A program made the translations under genes and the position numbers. A stretch of DNA of 64,000 nt from an uncultured Actinomycetota bacterium (lineage in GTDB: Bacteria > Actinomycetota > Thermoleophilia > Gaiellales > Gaiellaceae). Below the pieces are notes generated by a model. It worked only from the letters and a program-made list of their open reading frames with translations, was not told the origin of the DNA and ran no database searches. The stretch covers positions 52,901-116,900 of the forward strand of contig CAVTLL010000005.1 of assembly GCA_963735535.1 (NCBI GenBank), written 5' to 3'. This document shows positions 60,186 through 64,000 of this stretch, one piece after another. Each line of letters opens with the position of its first letter. Position 1 is the first letter of the stretch.

Positions 60186-61109
60186 ATGATCCGGCTTCGG
60201 CAACTGCAAGCATTGAACTATGTCCTGTCGAGCCGAACCATGACCGCGGCGTCTCAGCTATTCGGCGTCACCCAGCCCGCCATGAGCCGCCTGATCATGC
60301 AACTTGAAGAAGAGGTCGGCTGCCAGCTTTTGCGACGCGACCGCGGTCGCGTCCGGTTGACGGAGGAGGGGGTTCGCTTTTACGAGAAGGCGGAGCAAGT
60401 GCTCTCGGCCATGCGCGAGCTCGGAGGCATCGCCGAAGGTTTGCGAAGGGATCCCAAGGGAGAAGTGAGGATCGTTTCGATTTACGGGCTGGTCAACAGT
60501 CTCATTCCAACCGCGATCAAGCGGTTCTCGGCAGCCTACCCAAAGGTCCGGATCACGATCGACATGCTCAACCGCGCACGGCTTGAGGAAGTCATCCACG
60601 AGCGTCAATTTGACATCGCGCTTGCGACGCTGCCGGTGAAAGCGCCGCCTTCGCTGACGATCGACACCCTCGGCGCGATGCCGGCGATCTGCATTTTGCC
60701 GGTAAAACACCCTCTGGCCCAACGGAAGAAGATCAAGGCTGCGGATCTGGTCGGTATCCCATTCGTTTCGGCGCGGCGCGAAACTCTGCTGCGGCAGCGC
60801 GTCGACGATGTTTTCGACCGCCTGGCCATTACCCGCGAGATGCTGTTCGAATGCCACAATACCGAGGTGATGTGCCAGCTGGTGGCGGCGGGCCTCGGCG
60901 TGTCCATCGTCCATCCCTTCGTTCGCAAGCCCGTCGACGATTCGTTTGTCAGCCGGGCTTTTGAGCCGGCGATCCGGATGGAATATGCGATGTTCCGGCA
61001 GCCAAGGGGCGAGATCAGCAACGCGTGCGAAGTGCTGGCGGAACATATTATGAAGGACACGCAATATCTCGGGACGGCCAAGCCGTCGCCCAGGATCAAG
61101 CGGCGATAA
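60186..61109 (+). CDS. LysR family transcriptional regulator
   Basis: 307-aa ORF. N-terminal HTH LRQLQALNYVLSSRTMTAASQLFGVTQPAMSRLIMQLEEEVGCQLLRR. AAGGGA SD. Confidence 0.85.
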   Translation: MIRLRQLQALNYVLSSRTMTAASQLFGVTQPAMSRLIMQLEEEVGCQLLRRDRGRVRLTEEGVRFYEKAEQVLSAMRELGGIAEGLRRDPKGEVRIVSIYGLVNSLIPTAIKRFSAAYPKVRITIDMLNRARLEEVIHERQFDIALATLPVKAPPSLTIDTLGAMPAICILPVKHPLAQRKKIKAADLVGIPFVSARRETLLRQRVDDVFDRLAITREMLFECHNTEVMCQLVAAGLGVSIVHPFVRKPVDDSFVSRAFEPAIRMEYAMFRQPRGEISNACEVLAEHIMKDTQYLGTAKPSPRIKRR

Positions 61110-61175
61110 TCAAGCGCCGCCGCCATGTCGACATTGGTATGGCATGATGAAGCTATTCCGCTGCTTCACTTTCAT

Positions 61176-62330
61176 TCAGCCGCGGAACGGATCGATGCCA
61201 GTCAGTTCGCGGCCTTGAATCAACGTCAGAATGCCCGGCGTTCCGTCCGGAATCGAAATCGTCCGGACGTCCCGGGCCATCTGCTCAAGGCCCAGTTCGC
61301 GGCTCAGTCCGATCGCGCCGTGAATCCGCATCGCCAGCGCAATGGCCCGGTCGCAGGCGTCGACGGCGTAACGTTTGGCCATCGCGGAAAGGCCGTTGGC
61401 GCGTTCCCCGCGGTCGATCGCAGCGAGCGCGTTGTAGCAGACCAGCCGGCTGCTCAGGACCGCGGTCTCGATTTCCGCGAGATCGTTTTGAATGAGCTGG
61501 AATCCGCCGATGTAACGGCCGAACTGCTTTCTTATCCCGGCATAGCTTCGCGCGGCGTCCAGCGCCTTTTGCGCAAGATGCACCGCCATCAATCCCACCA
61601 GCGGACGATTGGCCAGCCAGGTTAGCGTCAGCAACTTTGCCGTGTCGCCGGTATCCGGACAGAGGTTGCGTTTGGGGACGCGGCAGTCGTTGAACGACAC
61701 CTCGCCCAATGGGGCCTGGCGCAGGCCGAGCATGTCCAGTTCCCTTGTTGAAAAATCAGATTCGCTTCGATCGACAAGGACGCGCACCACGCTCGACTTG
61801 CCATCCGCAGCGGTCAGCCGGCACGTTACGTTCATCACATCGCAGATCGGGGCATTTGAAATCCACAATTTGCTGCCGTTGATGACAAGTTCCTCGCCAG
61901 ACTCGGTAACCCGGGTCTTGATCCCGCGCGGGTCGGAACCGACATCGGGCTCGGTGCTGGCGGTGCAGGCGATGCGCCGTCCCGACATCAGATCGGGCAG
62001 GTATCTTTCCTTTTGTTCTTCCGAGCAGCCGAAATAAATCCGGGTCGTCGTCGCTTCATGCGGCTGCAGGATCAAGCCAACGCAGGGCGGTATCTGTTCG
62101 CCGATCAGCCCGTAGTCGAGCATGTTCATGCCGACCCCGCCGCCGGCCTCGGGTATGCGCGCGCAAGTCAGGCCGAGATCCGACGCCTTGGCCATTATTT
62201 TCAGCACGGCGGATTTGGGCAAGCCCTTGTCGCGATCGTTCGCATCGAGCATCGGCTGTATTTCGGTTTCGACCATGCGCCTGGCGGCACTGACCATCAT
62301 CTGTTGTTCGGTCGTCAGCGAGAAATCCAT
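61176..62330 (-). CDS. acyl-CoA dehydrogenase
   Basis: 384-aa ORF. ACAD pattern (CTASTEPDVGSDP, KLWISNA, C-terminal helical domain with GGFQLIQ). Confidence 0.85.
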   Translation of the reverse strand: MDFSLTTEQQMMVSAARRMVETEIQPMLDANDRDKGLPKSAVLKIMAKASDLGLTCARIPEAGGGVGMNMLDYGLIGEQIPPCVGLILQPHEATTTRIYFGCSEEQKERYLPDLMSGRRIACTASTEPDVGSDPRGIKTRVTESGEELVINGSKLWISNAPICDVMNVTCRLTAADGKSSVVRVLVDRSESDFSTRELDMLGLRQAPLGEVSFNDCRVPKRNLCPDTGDTAKLLTLTWLANRPLVGLMAVHLAQKALDAARSYAGIRKQFGRYIGGFQLIQNDLAEIETAVLSSRLVCYNALAAIDRGERANGLSAMAKRYAVDACDRAIALAMRIHGAIGLSRELGLEQMARDVRTISIPDGTPGILTLIQGRELTGIDPFRG

Positions 62331-62401
62331 TTTTCAAACCTCTTTACGAACGCGAGTTGTTTGAGCACCGCTCTGTTGGGCGCTGCTGGCGGATCGAACG
62401 G

Positions 62402-63502
62402 CTATGACAGCCATTCGGCGACAATCTCGCGACTTCGTTGCGGATCGGGAGCTTGCGGAGGGCAGGGCGTCTCCGGCACCGACCGGCTGAAACGGGGCGC
62501 GGGCGCCGGTTGAACGATGTCGTCGATCTCGATGAAGGTCCGACGCTGTTTCAGATGCGGATGATTGGGTGCTTCGTCGATCGTCAGGACCGGGCAGAAA
62601 CACGAATTTGTTCCTTCCAGAACGGTGCACCAGTGATCGAGCGGCATGCTCTTGAATTTGTCCGACAACAGCAGGCGGAGCTGAGGCCAGTTTCGAACGT
62701 CCCGCGCGAGGTAGGCGGCCGTTTGCGGAAGTTCCAGCCGCGCCACCAGCTCGACGAGAAATTTGTGCTCGATCGGCGCAACCGACGCAAAGCGACCGTC
62801 GGAACACTCGTAGACGTCGTAAAACGGCGCGCCCGAATCCAGCGCATTGGTTCCGCGCTCCTCGCTCCACAGGCCCGCGGCTGCCATTCCATAGAATTGC
62901 GTCATGAGCGAAGCCGCGCCATCGACGATGGCGGCATCGACGACCTGGCCACGGCCGGCTTGCTGTCGCTCAAGCAGCGCCGACAGAATTCCGACGGCAA
63001 GATACAAGGCGCCCCCGCCGAAGTCGCCGACAAGGTTCAGGGGAGGAGAAGGCGGCTGCCCGCGGCGACCGATCGTACTCAATGCGCCGGTCAGGGCGAT
63101 ATAATTCAGATCGTGACCGGCAGCGTTGGCGAGCGGACCGCTCTGACCCCAACCGGTGATGCGTCCGTAAACCAGCATCGGGTTGCGGCTGAAGCAATCG
63201 GCCGGACCAAGCCCGAGCCTTTCGGCGACGCCGGGCCGGAAACCTTCGATCAGCACGTCGGATCGCTCCACCAGTTTCAACATCGTCTCTTTGCCGTCAG
63301 GATTTTTGAGATCGAGCGCGATCGTCTTTCGGCCCCGCAGCGTCAAGTTGAACCGGCGGGGTCTTGGAACTCCGAGGTCGCTCGGCGTCAGGCGTTCGAT
63401 GCGCAGCACCTCGGCGCCGAGATCGGCAAGCAGCATCGCGCACATCGGCCCCGGGCCAACCCCCGCAAGTTCAACGACCTTGATCGCCTTTAGTGGCCCC
63501 AG
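62402..63502 (-). CDS. family III (CaiB/BaiF) CoA-transferase
   Basis: The open frame upstream of ATG 63445 still reads LGPLKAIKVVELAGVGPGPMCAMLLADLGAEV, the conserved N-terminus. The only candidate start is CTG 63502, 5 nt after GGGAGG. The minimal call is 62402..63445. Confidence 0.75.
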   Translation of the reverse strand: MGPLKAIKVVELAGVGPGPMCAMLLADLGAEVLRIERLTPSDLGVPRPRRFNLTLRGRKTIALDLKNPDGKETMLKLVERSDVLIEGFRPGVAERLGLGPADCFSRNPMLVYGRITGWGQSGPLANAAGHDLNYIALTGALSTIGRRGQPPSPPLNLVGDFGGGALYLAVGILSALLERQQAGRGQVVDAAIVDGAASLMTQFYGMAAAGLWSEERGTNALDSGAPFYDVYECSDGRFASVAPIEHKFLVELVARLELPQTAAYLARDVRNWPQLRLLLSDKFKSMPLDHWCTVLEGTNSCFCPVLTIDEAPNHPHLKQRRTFIEIDDIVQPAPAPRFSRSVPETPCPPQAPDPQRSREIVAEWLS

Positions 63503-63744
63503 AGCAGCCTCCCGGTGGTTCCGTTTGGGCGGATGCTAGACACTGGGCCGGTGTGCGTAAAATGACAAAGCCGGATAAAATTATTACGGAATTGGTATGA
63601 CGGCTTTTCCGACGCGGGCTTTCGGCGTTGAATTCCGCGGACAACTACCGGGTCGATTTTCAGCCTTGCGCGCCAGTCGAAAGCGCAAGAGCCTTTCGAG
63701 CCATGCCCGTCGCGTCGGAGGCAGTCGCAGTACATATCAATCAC

Positions 63745-63796
63745 GATATGGAAGCATCAAGATTTCGTATTTTACAACATTGTAATTAGGCCTATC
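63745..63796. repeat. right copy (reverse orientation) of the 52-nt inverted repeat
   Basis: Reverse complement reads GATAGGcctaattacAATGTTGTAAAATACGAAATctTGATGCTTccATATC. The 20-nt core is identical to 60127..60146. Confidence 0.8.
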
Positions 63797-63826
63797 TTGC
63801 GACCCTAAAACAGGTTGAGGAAATCC

Positions 63827-64000
63827 ATGAGTTCCGAAGATACGTCGCCCGGCAGAACCGGTCCGCTGCTGGGCTATAAGGTGCTGGAGCTCGGTTCGAC
63901 GGCGGCGGGGCCGTTCTGCACAAGACTGCTGGCTGATTTCGGTGCGGAGGTCGTCAAGATCGAGGCCGCCGAAGGAGATCCGATCCGGAAACTCGGACAG
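63827..64000 (+). CDS. family III (CaiB/BaiF) CoA-transferase, N-terminal fragment (continues beyond window)
   Basis: GAGGAA then ATG 63827. GPLLGYKVLELGSTAAGPFCTRLLADFGAEVVKIE is the family N-terminal signature. Confidence 0.75.
   Translation, partial: MSSEDTSPGRTGPLLGYKVLELGSTAAGPFCTRLLADFGAEVVKIEAAEGDPIRKLGQ

Noticed and set aside
63490-63744. 84-aa minus-strand ORF in the AT-rich spacer between the CoA-transferase genes.
   Set aside because: It overlaps the conserved N-terminus of the CoA-transferase in another frame, has no SD and an odd composition. It is more likely promoter/leader DNA.

Overview
Mostly a very GC-rich, Actinomycetota-like chromosomal segment (lineage is inference only), gene-dense on both strands. 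I saw no rRNA, CRISPR array, transposase or integrase. Order of content: fabF 3' end, accD-accA, LigD, MarC-like, MrfA/DUF1998-type helicase. Then a TPP riboswitch with thiD-thiM-thiE-thiL, and a MarR gene with textbook divergent promoters and a 38-aa ORF. Next come a ppm1-thioredoxin-mannosyltransferase operon, PolX, a PLP decarboxylase, an M23 peptidase and an hsp20-lon operon. These are followed by an MMPL transporter, rmlA/C/D/B, SpoIID, an S8 protease, a WbpA/B/D/I-like UDP-sugar cluster and tRNA-Lys(CUU). After the tRNA: a repeat-rich surface protein, a second MarR, a cyclase-NB-ARC-TPR STAND protein, and a tightly coupled six-gene amine/aldehyde operon ending in a Vps62-like membrane protein. 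Last on this side are a permease, a glutamine-synthetase-like gene and a PQQ-repeat gene. Three things stand out. (1) Two patchy blocks (about 33.7-39.2 kb and 55.2-59.7 kb) carry roughly 40 frame jumps between them, while about 45 kb elsewhere has one or two; this points to an unpolished assembly or recent decay. (2) Base composition switches abruptly at about 60.06 kb into a lower-GC LysR, acyl-CoA dehydrogenase and 2x CoA-transferase module. That module is bracketed by a 52-nt inverted repeat with a 20-nt perfect core. (3) There are several unexplained regulatory repeats and micro-ORFs. All product calls rest on motifs read by eye; no database search was run.
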